From assembly GCA_000934665.2 (NCBI GenBank), contig JYFJ02000077.1, positions 1 through 64,000 of the forward strand: a stretch of 64,000 nt of DNA, written 5' to 3'. The DNA is from Catajapyx aquilonaris. Taxonomy: Eukaryota. A program made the position numbers and the translations under genes. Shown one piece after another: positions 14,023 through 26,354 of the stretch. Positions within the stretch are counted from its first letter, which is position 1. Each line of letters opens with the position of its first letter. Under the pieces are notes generated by a model that was given only the letters and a program-made list of their open reading frames with translations, did no database searches and had not been told where the DNA came from.

Positions 14023-16202
14023 ATGGAAGGAGTGTTGGCCAAGTGGACCAACTACTGGAACGGTGAGTGCTCAGCTGGTTGCACTTGGGAGTAATTGAAC
14101 GAGACAATTCACGCGTGACACCAGGTGAAAGCTGGGCCGGAGGGAGGCACACACGAGCAGCATTGCATGTACCACACGCGTGGTACATGCCATTGACTGA
14201 AAGAACGATATAAGGTCAAGTTGGTCAAGTGAGAGGAAATCTAAGGTTATTGCTAATGTGTCAGTTTAAATAGCCTGTCTGTCCATTGTAAAATGTACAA
14301 CTTCATTTAAATTTTTGGCATCAGAAGCAGACCTTGTGTACATAAAGCCATGTGTGAGATCCTTGAGGAGGGACCGTTTACTGCAGAGCCAGCATTTTCA
14401 GTATGGTCTGCAAGGTCATGTTCATAATACTGCCAGTGAGATAGAATCATATGGGCAATCACATTATGCTAGCTTTAGTATCCAAGAAATTGTAGAAAAC
14501 CATGAGAGGTTTTCAATTTCCAACTCAGACAGACGCATATTGTCCAATGTTATTTTTAAAGACATTGCCTGGCTTTTGAAATGATCGTGCGTTTGTGTAA
14601 TTTCCTGAAACTGTAATATGCTAATCTTTTATTACTGATTTCCTGTGTAAAAGTAGTCGACACAAATACATTGGCATGTGAGTTTTATGCCATATTAGGC
14701 CATTTTCAGCTTGTTATTGCAACCTTGACAAACTGACTGACCTTTGGGACTGATATTTGTGATGTAATACACCATGAAATTGTTAGGAAATATCCATGAT
14801 TTCATTGAATCATTTGCCCCCTAATTACCATTACACGAATCTTGAGTGCAGGATAACATTTGGACTTTGGACTTTGAAAACATTGTTTATCTATCAGCAT
14901 TAAACTGTGTATCCTGCTCTTGACACATCCGTTAGAGATGTTGAAATCGCTCCAAGTGAACTGTGCTTGTAAAGGTCACAAAGCTAGGATGTGTACCAAA
15001 AATAATACAGAACCATGTTAACAATAACAATGCCTGCATGTTGCAATAAGAAAGTATGTGCAATGAACACATGCGGTTCAGAAGCCTGTTCAAGGTTATG
15101 CTTGGATCTCACTTATCTTGTGGATATTGCCATTAAATCACGACAAGTGACTCTTGAAGAAATCGATCCCTCCATCTTCCCCCCAACAAAAAACTACATA
15201 ACTAGGCCACTAGGGAGATTGTTTCATCTGAATATGTAAACAATATCTGATCTCGTGCACAATGTCAGCAACTTGTGTAATTTAATATTGGTTGTATATT
15301 TTACTAGGTTGGCAACCCAGATGGTTTGTTTTAGATGATGGCATTCTAGCCTACTATAAATCACAAGAAGAGGTAAACCAAGGTTGCAAAGGATCCATGA
15401 AAGTGTCAGCGTGTGAAATAATTGGTGAGTGCTGCACTTTATATTCCACAAAAAATTGACGGAAATGGTCATTTAAGTAACCAATGTTTGTATGGACAGT
15501 GCATCCCACGGACAACACCCGGCTCGATTTGGTAATACCAGGAGAGCAGCATTTTTACCTGCGAGCAGGCTCATCTCAGGAGCGCCAGCAATGGCTGGTG
15601 GCTCTTGGTAGTGCAAAAGCATGTGTTTCAAGCAGACATAGGAGAGATTCAGGTTAGAGTGCTTTAGCTGTTATACCAAGTACTTGAAAATTGTATGATT
15701 ACATCTTAAATATTTGTCTCTTCTATATAGAGTCTGGACCTGATTCCCTCAAAGCCAAAAAATCGGAGTTGAGACTCTATTGTGATCTGCTGATGCAGCA
15801 AGTTCATACAGTGAAGTCGGCTGCCACTGACAACGAAGGACTTGATGTTAAGGTAATATATTTATAAAATGCCTTGCAGAAAATATGGGGTATCATAGGA
15901 CTTCTTGCAGAAGTTAGATGAGGGCACAAGTCTACTAAGTGCAACCTGCGACACATTCATCAAGACCTTGGAGGAATGCATGAAGATTTCCAATGCAAAT
16001 TTCACCTATGAGCTTCCACACACACCTGTCACTGACACGCCCCTTCATCCTATGCCTACACAGACTAGAAGCAAGGTATGGTTGTCTCATAACTAGTGTC
16101 AGTTTAGTAGCTGTGAAACTCTGACTATTTTGTCATACTTTACAGGGAAGTAAACCTGGGAATCCACTGATGCGTGCCAATTCAATCGAGAGGAAGTCCT
16201 GA
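14023..16202 (+). CDS. PLEKHA3: FAPP1-type PH-domain protein (PI4P adaptor). Exons 14023-14062, 15308-15424, 15500-15652, 15731-15852, 15911-16075, 16146-16202
   Basis: [75 protein letters not shown]...[15 protein letters not shown]...[16 protein letters not shown]...[20 protein letters not shown] matches FAPP1/FAPP2 N-terminal signatures. It stops at TGA 16200-16202 with no GLTP domain, hence FAPP1-like. Confidence 0.88.
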
Positions 16203-19200
16203 GGCAATTGCCACACCACAATTGCATCTTCTCTCCCACAAGGATACAATTCCATGGTGTATGTGGACACTTGTTCTGTGACAGACCAATACTGGACTGC
16301 CAGCTGAATTATTTGAGCCTCAAAGAGTTTGGGTAAAAACATACTTTATGTTGGGTTTTCTCAGGAAGTTATTTACTTTTCAAAAGGAAACATACAAAAC
16401 ATGCAGCCATAACATGGAAGTGTAACAAGTGAAACCTTACAAATTTGTGATTGAAAGAAACAAACCCTGTTATTGAAATGTATGACGTTGTCAAACCAAT
16501 TGTACTTAATGAGGCAAGGTGAATATGTGAACCAAAATGACAAAGCACTTGATTTTTACAAGTAAGGAGTGGTGGGAGGGTCAACATATTCACCTTATGA
16601 AAGACTGACACTCTTCTCTTTTTTTGCTGATTACAGTTTACTTGGCTTCTGATGTGAATAATTTACCAAGCCTGATAAGCTAATCTTCATAACTGTCCAA
16701 CATATTTAACCACACTATTTGCTGAGCAAATGTTGCGTGCCATGATTTGTCTCATATCCAGTCAACGCAATACCATCCTGAAAATGTCCACTTTTCCTTA
16801 CAAGAAAGGGAGTAACTATTTTTAGTCTTGCCACAAATGCAACCGAGTTGAATGTTACAAATAATGTAGAATGTGCAGCTGTGTGAAATAGTTCCCCTGA
16901 GTAGCGTGTATTGAGAAGTTTTGGTGCTGTAGAGGTTAACCATTGTCAAATTGCCAAAATTTGGTCAAACTTGGTGCATTTTTCTGGAACTCATTCCAAA
17001 GGAAAGCCAAATGCTAAATAAAATCTGTGGGGTAATGGCAAAAGGATATGTGGCAGTAAGATTTTCGTATTGCGTCATATGTCCTTTTGCCGTCATCCCA
17101 CCTACTTTAACAATGGTGTTAAAAAATGAAAAAAGTGTTTAGAGGAAGAATTATTAATTTATCGCCTATTAGTTTATTTAAACATTTAGTAGCAGTGAGT
17201 TTACTTTGGTGCTTTGTACACAAGTACCTGGTATATGCATAAATGATTATGATGTAAAAGTATGTAGCTATTTGTGAATTGTGTTAATAGTATTACACCC
17301 TAGTTTGTAGAACAGACTTGATACGCACAGTGATGTAAGTTTTTTGGCAACACTTAAACTGCTACTTGAAAAAAATATGTGGCAGCTTGAGTGTTAGTTT
17401 GTGTTTATAAATATTGTAATTTGAACTGAGGTAAACAGCAGCACTTGTAGGGTAACCCAGAACCGTGCAATTAAGTAATGCATGCTATTGATTGCACTGG
17501 TAGGTAGCTGAAGGTTGAATTGTCGTTTCATCTTTAGTTCCTGCCAGGTATTTGAGAGCTACTAAGTTGCTTGTCACTACATTCCTGTTTTTGTACTGGT
17601 TCCCATTTTTATTGTAATATTAGGCCAACACCCAGTAATTAGACCTGCATTCCATGTTTGACTTGCACAGTTTATTTTTAAAATCCAGGAACAATATCAA
17701 CTATTGACATAATTAAAAGTGAACTTGGTTCTTCCAAAAAAATTAAACCAAATGAATATGTCCGATATTTTTTTGCCTCTGCTGGAGTACTGACTGATTG
17801 TAAAAAAGAGTACGAGTGATGTATAAAATGCTGTATTTATATGACAAGGTCATGGTATTAGACAACACAGTGCATTTTCCTAGGGATTAATTTTTTTGTG
17901 ACACTCATTACTAAAACATTTATTACAGTGCATGGGTTTTTTAATTCCAACCTACAATCACTTCCTTTTTAGGCATCAGGAACTGATTATAAATGGATGT
18001 GCTCTGAATTAGCAAGTATCTTGACAGTACAGGTGTTTTACGACTTTTTTGCATTCTTTCAAAATTACGTACAGAATGAACAATTTACATAAGTTTGTAA
18101 ATTTTTAAAAATCAAGACATAACACCTCACTGCAACACCTCCGACTCGTGAGTCCAAACACTAGACTTTTGCTTTTTTTGGTGCATTGTGGCAGGGTGTA
18201 TAGATATGATGATTGTGTAGATAGGCTTCATTTTACAACCATGTTTCGCTGGAACCTAACCCCATCGTAAACAAGGCCTACTGATAGTTTGAAATGATTC
18301 CACTTCATCCCAAGGGTGTGGCTAATAATCATATTCTAACACCCACAATACTGTCGTTCCTATGTCATTTGAAGAGACAATAATGACTTAATAACATGGT
18401 TTTCATGGTCCACCTGATTTACTACATGTTGGCAATGGCACGTGCAAAGCAAACATTCTGCCTACATAGCCAGAAACTTCCATCCACTGCGGACCCACAA
18501 GGCAGGCAAATGCTTTTGTTGACGACGCGCATATCATGAGCATTCCACATAGCTCCACATATCAAGAATGCTGGGAAATTACAGCTGCAAAATGACATTT
18601 ATATGTCCTTCAACCTTGAATAAAATTTCCAAGTCTAACTTTGCACCGGTTTGAGTGAAAGACCATTGTTCCGCTCTTGTTGAGATTTTTTTTTTTCCTT
18701 CGTCTTTTGCTCCTAGCAAACAAAGGGGTGTGACTGAGAATAAGCTGGAATAGGGATGCTGGGAAAAGTGAGGCAGAATTGATCGATATATCACGGGAGA
18801 GAGGAGGGGGCGGGAACGAAGGGGTTCCAACAGTGACGTGAAATCGGACCACCTCGTATGAATGGAAAGGGGGGAATTGCTAGAACCGGATTTAAAAACG
18901 GGGCAAACCAGTATGAATTCCTCCGAGGCCTGTACAGATTTATCCAAAAATACACCTAAACCCCCCCATTAAAAAAAAAAAAAACACCAGACATCCACAA
19001 TATCCCAACAAAGCTTCCAGACTATATTTACCCGAATCCTTTAATACATGTGATATACGCCAACCACTAATACCTAAGACCAGAAAGGTCAGTCCAACCT
19101 ACGTACACGATCGCAAAAAAAGATTGGACTTGCGCATGGGTCCACATCAGGGTGGGGGATGTGGGTAAATGGGGGGTACAGAGGAGGGGGTTGGGGAGGG

Positions 19201-19309
19201 TAGAGAGAGATAGAGAGGAGAGAAGCAGGATACGCAGGCTTGAGTCTGACTCCGAACCCCGTGGACAAAACATCGTGCCCAGGTTCAAGACCATCCCAAA
19301 AACAGACTG

Positions 19310-19455
19310 CAGGGTTCAAAAATAATCGCGGGTAGACTCCGCCTTGCAATTTATTCTGGCAGTATTCCACCTGATGTATGAGACGCCAGCATAGTGCCTT
19401 GTAGTGCTGACGAGCATTTTTTATCGGCTCGTGTCAAAGTGGCCTTTGAACCCTG
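19310..19455. mobile_element. Short hAT-like MITE candidate
   Basis: Perfect 11-bp inverted ends CAGGGTTCAAA...TTTGAACCCTG. The flanking 8-mers match only 4/8, so the TSD is not convincing. Confidence 0.45.
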
Positions 19456-20127
19456 GTAGAGTCAGCAAGAGGGGGATCTCAGCAAGGTTTTGTTGGGTAG
19501 TGGATATTACGACGGGGTCTTCTGAGGTGGAAAGGATTCATGGGTGTGTGTTAACTACGGAGTTGAAGATATACGAGGTATGCTTATTGGATTTCTAGGG
19601 AGGCATGGGAGGCACGTTTCAGGATTTCAAGAGCAATGTCACGACAGAGTTACTGAGCGCGGGTTTTTATTGGGCATGGTACGGTATACTTTCTTTTCAT
19701 TTAAAGATTTCTGATATCTGTAGGTTGAATAGTGTGAGCACAGTTTACACATGTTTCGCACAAGTCAATATAGGCGTTGATTGAATATTTGCAGTGTGAA
19801 TGTTGGTTTACCGTTGCTTGTAAGCAAGGTTGCTGATACAAAAGCACGTGTTGGACGACTATAGCCTACTATATAGGTGAAGTTATCTCATTTGGACGGT
19901 TTAGCTAATAGCTTACGGAACATCTGGTTGGAAATAACGAAAACGTGCTCTATCTAGAAAACTTTCAAGTGTATCCAACGAGTTGGGCATAATTATTGAA
20001 ATATTATGGAAGGTAAATTACGGATGCAAATCTCATGCTAAAGATTTCTTGAACCGCAACTTTGCGGCCGTTCTTACTGTTCCTAAAATAAGCCAATATA
20101 TGCACAGTGTTTTACGCATCTCGCAGC

Positions 20128-23100
20128 ATGACACAATACCAGGTGACCCCGACGTCCCAGGACGCCATTCTTGCCGAAGACCACAAGAATGGAGCTACAA
20201 ATGGGTATGTCCAAGTACCTGAAGGAGACCCGCATGCAGTGCAGTGTCGGGTGTACAAGAAGAGATGGATCGTCTTGGTTCTCTTCGTGTGCTACTCCAT
20301 GTCCAACGCCTTCCAGTGGATACAGTACGCCATCATCAACCACATCATCGTCAAGTATTACGGCGTGGAACCCACGACTGTCGACTGGCTTTCCATGATC
20401 TACATGCTCACCTACATTCCTCTCATATTTCCCGCCGCCTGGCTGCTAGAGAAGAAGGTGAGTTCTTGGCGACCTGTAGCTGTTCATTATAGGGCTTATG
20501 TGGGTTGGGATATTGATTTGATCTGATAGCTTGCACAGTGAAGCAAACATCATGCGGTGGAATGTGTCCACGCCTGTCACTTCAAAGTCAGGGCGGTCTG
20601 CACTGTTGCATTTCTCTGTAATCGCACTGAAACCGCAACTGCGCGGGTCGAAGTGGTTGAGAAACAATGCAATGTGACAAAATGCGAATGAAATGGCAAA
20701 CGAAAAGGTATGCAACAAAATTTTGGAAAATTCGCGCTATAAAATCAAATCCAGATGTCCCAAGATATAATCGCTTTATGGAATATGTGGCTGATTATTT
20801 TTAATGCCATTAATGTGGAATAATAACGGGATATAAACGCAGGTCCCTGGAGCACATTTTGCGGTGCCGGTACTTCATTTGCATCACACAATGCACACGA
20901 TTTGTTTGCCTACTGTAGTTTAGAGTTAGGAGGCAGGTGTACGTGAGTCCGCTGGCCTATTTAATAGTCTCCGTAGTCCGTAGGATACTAAAACATTGCT
21001 TTGACGTCACCAGGACTTTCACTATTCATTCACCCTCAAAAGAAGCTCACAATCAGCTTATCTAATGCATTACTCTAGTGACGGAGTCATGGACAGATTA
21101 TACAACAGCAACAACCAACAACAATAATTTCCCCGGAAAGTCATACAGATTTGCTAGTTTACTATAGTCCGATAGTTCGACTTATAGGAATCAAGTTGTC
21201 GCTCATTGCCGGAGTCTATTCCTTGTAGTACAGTACCTGTCAAACCTTTCCTGTTAAAAGTACTCCTTACCCAACAAACCGGTTGGTAGCTGAGTGGCTT
21301 GTGCCAATTTGCAATAACTTCCAACACGAACACCACCGTTGCCAGCATAAACCCCATAACCAGCAGAATAAAGGGCCCCTCAAGTTGATTCAAGTACCGT
21401 ATGGCACCCCGTACATGCAAACCTTTCTGAAGTTCCTCGTCGGTCACGTTTTTCATTGACGCACGGACCCCTATGGAGAGCGCGTCCTCGAAGCAAGCCT
21501 CATCTTCCTTTTGATTAAACCCGAAAGCCACGTAATTTAGCACAAATTGGTGAACCTCTTCAAAGTGTAGATCGTCTCGATTCATAGAAATGGCCAGGTA
21601 CAGCGGTGGAAGGTCACTTCCGACCAACTGGTGCTTTGACCTCCCCCGCCAGTCGGTGAAATTCAGGTAGCTGTAATACATCAACCTCTCGTCAATGGAC
21701 ATGCAGGCGTAGTTTGGAGTGGTCAGAGCTCGAGCCAAGCACGAAACCAGATCAGGGTTTAGGCGTAAGGTTGTCGACATTGCTGAATACTGCGGGAATG
21801 GAGACCTCTCTAGAAGCTGGCTGAATATTTTGTGCTCTACTTTTTCCACGCCGAAATCATATCCGAGATTGATCAGTTCGTTCAGCGAGTCGATTCCGCT
21901 CGTGTCAGGCACAATCATGACTTGGGTCAGTTTGGAGCTGTACATGGTGCTGGACACCAAGCAGAAGATGAACCAAGATGCGAAGAATAAGCGAGGGATT
22001 CCGTGGTCGGCATGCTGCGGCAAATTGGTGCTCTGGGTGAACATGTACGGCAGCAAGTACTGGGACAGTACGGTCACATATGAGGCGCGATAGATCTTGT
22101 CCGAACGTCGTTGGTGGATCCAGACCAGCACAGAAGCTGCTGCCAGCAGAAAGATAAGGAGGAACCACACTAGGAGTGTGTAGGGTTTGAGGACCACTGT
22201 CCAGGAGAATCTTCCTTCAGGTGCTGCCACGGCAAATTTGGCCGAGGCGATTACGTACGGCTGGGTGAAGTCCAGTTTGGATATTTGTATTTGGTGATTC
22301 ATTGTCATTAGTGGTTCAACAGTATCGTTCAGAGGGTATATCGGTATGATCACAGGGGTAAAATTGAGCTTTTGGGCCAATGTAGAGTGCAAGTCCACGG
22401 GGTTTCGGATGTACACCGGTCTCAGGTGGAAGTTGACGGGCCAAGGAGGGAACAAGTACGGGAGGTGTGACGGTATGGGGACAGCGGTTCCATTGCCTTC
22501 GTTGCAGTACGGACACCACGAATACGCCCTGTCTCCAAGTCCTAGTTTGAACCTGAACTTTTTCACACTCCTGTGACCCAAAAGTTGCTGGACGTCGCCT
22601 GTAGTTATAAAGACGTAAAACTGCCTGGATATCCTTCCAAGATAATACTCACGGAGCCTCTTCACCACAGGTCGGAGTGTGTCCACATCACAAAACACAA
22701 AGTTCACTCTGCATACGTGACTAGCCTGGGCCACAGGGAATGAGAGAGAAAACCCGTTTTTACCAGACACTCTCAGAACTTGAATGGGATTTATGAGCAG
22801 TCCACTCCAAAAATATATGGACGGTTCAAATCGCGAGTCCGTAATAAACAGCAGCGTGCAGTTCCTGCTAAACGTGTCAGTAACGTTACGAATAAAGGTC
22901 AAAAAGTTAGGTTGGTCAACAGGGCGCAGAAAAATTTGCGAGTACACGAGTGCTGGTAATATCAAGCAAAGGAACGATGGAACTGTTTTTATCGCCATGT
23001 CCGTGTGTCACTAATGGCATCTAGCAGCTCCTTATATACCACCCAGAAAAGTGTGCCATATTTTTAAAGTATGTCGAAGCTCAAATACGGGGCCATGGAT

Positions 23101-26100
23101 TATTGTACCAATGTTATTTTCTGCCAACTGTTGAAAGCAGTCTTAATGCACCGAGGTGTCGCCAAGTTTAGAGATGTTATTGTTTTCAATTGTACAGTTC
23201 CCTTGAGAACTGAAGCGTATTGTGCGTCAATCAAAAAGGTGTCCTACATGCGCCGCGTTTTAAATGACGGTATGTTTGAACGTACAGCACTTCAATATTT
23301 TGATGACGTACACAATGCAGTTCAAGGTTAATGAAGTGTTTGTTTAAAGAGATACGTGTCGGATCAACATTATTCATAATGCTATTACAACCAGTCCATT
23401 GTCGCGATATGATTATTGTTTCCTATATTGACCACACTGGCAGCGTATATATGAAGCTACATTTCGTTCGAGGATAAAATAGATGCATACAGTGTCAAAA
23501 ACTGACAATGCGCGCACCAACCATGACTATGCAGGAGATACCTTTCTATTGAAAAACTAATATCCGGCTTCCCTTTGCCAATGAGGCTGAGAGGATTCAT
23601 CATTTTACAGAGGAAGTGCAATGACATGATTTAATTTAAGGTTCTAACCAAGGCCTTTGCCATAATACAGTTCGCAGAATTCCTCCAATATTTCTTCCTA
23701 ATTCAAGGCACTTATTATCTTTTCAGGGCCTTCGAATCGCTGTTCTGATCGGATCGTTTGGAACCTGTCTGGGATCGTGGATAAAGGTATTCTCCGTGGG
23801 CCCTGACCTCTTTTACGTCACCTTTGCCGGACAAACGATAGTGGCCGTCTCCCAAGTGTTCATCCTGGGAATACCCCCTCGTTTGGCTGCAGTCTGGTTT
23901 GGCCCAGGTCAAGTGTCGTCTGCCTGTGCCATTGGAGTTTTCGGAAACCAGGTAAACACACGTGGGGATGATTCAGTTGTTTATCTCTGATCCTTGGAAC
24001 ATACCGGAGCCTTTGTTGATCAACTGATATAAGCGTCCTTATTATTTCAAGGACCTACACCTGAATATGTAGTTCAGGGTGCAAAGTTCAAACTGCTAAC
24101 TACCACTTTATCCGCCTAATCTGACAAGTGTCATATAGAAATCGAAGTACAGTTTACATCACGGGGAAGTGGTAAGAATTACGCAACTGCGGAGAGTAGG
24201 GCGTGTGTAAGATGCTAATGGAATAAATTGAACCCTTGAATACCGGGAGGATGTGACTGACAAGTAATTTCCTGTGCGTCCATTAGAACTGATTTGGGAC
24301 GTCGGGCAATTATTTGCGACACCACCACTTGACATTTGACTGATTCTCTGTCTGCAGCTGGGAATTGCTATAGGATGCTACTTGCCAACTATTCTCGTCA
24401 ATAACCACGAGAATCTAAGCGACATTGGCAGCGACCTCAGCATCATGTTTTACGGAGTAGCAGCTGTCACAACCGTTATTTTCATTCTCATAATTTTTGG
24501 TGAGTAAAACTTCACTGTGCACTGTTTGTCACAAAGAAATTTCAACCAAAATTATCCTGGATGTATGCAACTATCAGCACTCGATCATATTTTCTCTCAG
24601 CGGTTTCTACACTGTAGAGTGCTGATGGTTGCATAGCGTCAGGATAGATTTTGGCGAATTTTTCTTTTGACAGGTAGTATACTACATGATCAACATTTAT
24701 AATTATGTAGGTTAATGAAGTTGTTTTTCTAAAATTACTAGCAGTGAACTTATATTTTTTCAGTGTTCAAAGATTCTCCTCCTGTGCCCCCGAGTCTGGC
24801 CCGAGCCGCAGTTCTTTCTGCATTAGAACCTGAAAGCTACTTGAACTCAATTCGGAAATTAGTTTGCTACGTTCCATATGGTCTACTTCTCACTACTTAC
24901 GGCATGAATGCTGGAGTCTTTTATGCTGTGTCTACTCTTCTCAACCAGGTTGTGCTGCCTCATTTCCCTGTAAGTCAATAGGAATTGCGAAATCTTCATG
25001 GAGTTTCTCATCTGATGTTCTATTGCACGTGAATAACTCTTTGGTTTTAGGGACATGATGCCGACATTGGAAGAATAGGACTGTGCATGGTTTTGAGTGG
25101 AATGGCCGGTTCCGTTGTTGCTGGGCTGTGGTTGGACAAGACCCACATGTTTAAGTAAGTAGTGATAACTATATTATATAAAATAAATACAACCTGTGAA
25201 TTGAAATATAGAAGCGAATGTCACAGTGATTTTTGTACAGCAGTAGTTGTGACTATCTTTAAAATGCCTCGTTATCTTTGTTTAACACCATGAAGTACCG
25301 GTACTCACCTTTAGAATGTATATTATCTGGGTTTATGAATTTGGCTGCATTTCAATGACAACTACGTTTGCAATATTTTTGACCTTTGCTTGATAATTTC
25401 TACTGGTGTAGAATAGCTATTGTTTTGTAATGATATCGTAATGTAGCCTATACAGTATGCTGCAATACTGTACGCGTTTTTCAATGCATTTGACGTGAAA
25501 TACCCGCATCATTACGCATTAACGATATTAACGCTGTCTCGTCAGATTGTAATGCAGTACGTACCATTGCACTAGTGCAGTTTTGCTGGATGATCTGCAA
25601 ATTCCTTCACACTATGCACATTAAGTGGTTATGCAATTAATAAATATTTTAAACAATGAATTTAATAAAAAGTTTGCATAGCAATCAGTTGCAAGAACCC
25701 AGCCTTGCAAGTGACGGCCATTCATATTCTTGAATTATGTATACGCCATAAACTATATTGCAGTACATCGCAGCTTGATGGAGTTACCACATTGTCTCAT
25801 GGCACTGTATTTATCTCAGGTCAACTACAGTTGGGATCTACTGCTTCTCCTTCTTGGGAATGTTGGCCTACACATTCAGCGTGTCATACGGCGGCATCGA
25901 GCTGGTCTACTTCATGGCTATTCTTCTTGGGTACGTGTGAATGACGTGCAGGCAAATTGATATGCAAACTGCGCGTCACAAATTAATGAGCCTAGCAATA
26001 TAATTACTGATGCATTCATTACCACTAATTGATCGCAGGTTCTTCATGACCGGCTATCTACCGGTCGGGTTTGAATACGCAGCTGAAATTACGTACCCAG

Positions 26101-26354
26101 AGCCCGAGGGTACTTCTTCGGGCCTTCTGAACGCTTCAGCTCAAGTCTTTGGCATCTTGCTGACAATGGGCACTGGATGGCTGCTGAGCACTTTTAACGA
26201 CATTACTGCCAACCTGACTTTGGCTAGCGTTCTGCTGGCTGGGTCTCTTGTCACTCTTCTCATCAAGACAGAGCTAAAGAGACAAAAGGCACAAACCCAA
26301 GGGACCACACCTGAGGATGAAGCTCAGGCCAAAGTAATGGTACCCAAGGTTTGA
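20128..26354 (+). CDS. FLVCR: FLVCR-family (SLC49) MFS transporter, paralog A (canonical choline/ethanolamine transporter-like). Exons 20128-20457, 23727-23951, 24358-24499, 24764-24969, 25051-25154, 25820-25930, 26039-26354
   Basis: Family motifs [58 protein letters not shown] and [39 protein letters not shown] introns keep the frame. Confidence 0.93.
21154..22998 (-). CDS. Intronless divergent ionotropic receptor (IR, variant iGluR chemoreceptor family), nested antisense in an FLVCR-A intron
   Basis: 614-aa ORF with a signal peptide, LAQKLNFT and LDFTQPY S1 motifs, KPYTLLVW at the M1 entry, RLFFASW...YSSKL pore-lining helix, IDSLNEL at the S2 start and [11 protein letters not shown]...VFVLE as the last TM. 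This is the typical IR architecture. Confidence 0.88.
   Translation of the reverse strand: MAIKTVPSFLCLILPALVYSQIFLRPVDQPNFLTFIRNVTDTFSRNCTLLFITDSRFEPSIYFWSGLLINPIQVLRVSGKNGFSLSFPVAQASHVCRVNFVFCDVDTLRPVVKRLREYYLGRISRQFYVFITTGDVQQLLGHRSVKKFRFKLGLGDRAYSWCPYCNEGNGTAVPIPSHLPYLFPPWPVNFHLRPVYIRNPVDLHSTLAQKLNFTPVIIPIYPLNDTVEPLMTMNHQIQISKLDFTQPYVIASAKFAVAAPEGRFSWTVVLKPYTLLVWFLLIFLLAAASVLVWIHQRRSDKIYRASYVTVLSQYLLPYMFTQSTNLPQHADHGIPRLFFASWFIFCLVSSTMYSSKLTQVMIVPDTSGIDSLNELINLGYDFGVEKVEHKIFSQLLERSPFPQYSAMSTTLRLNPDLVSCLARALTTPNYACMSIDERLMYYSYLNFTDWRGRSKHQLVGSDLPPLYLAISMNRDDLHFEEVHQFVLNYVAFGFNQKEDEACFEDALSIGVRASMKNVTDEELQKGLHVRGAIRYLNQLEGPFILLVMGFMLATVVFVLEVIANWHKPLSYQPVCWVRSTFNRKGLTGTVLQGIDSGNERQLDSYKSNYRTIVN
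23032..23038 (-). promoter_or_regulatory. TATA box of the nested IR gene
   Basis: Minus strand reads GGTATATAAGGAGC ~35 bp upstream of the ATG at 22998. Confidence 0.55.
24527..24672. repeat. Long imperfect inverted repeat (fold-back element) in an FLVCR-A intron
   Basis: TGTCACAAAGAAATTTCAACCAAAATTATCCTGGATGTATGCAACTATCAGCACTC pairs with GAGTGCTGATGGTTGCATAGCGTCAGGATAGATTTTGGCGAATTTTTCTTTTGACA. Confidence 0.8.
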
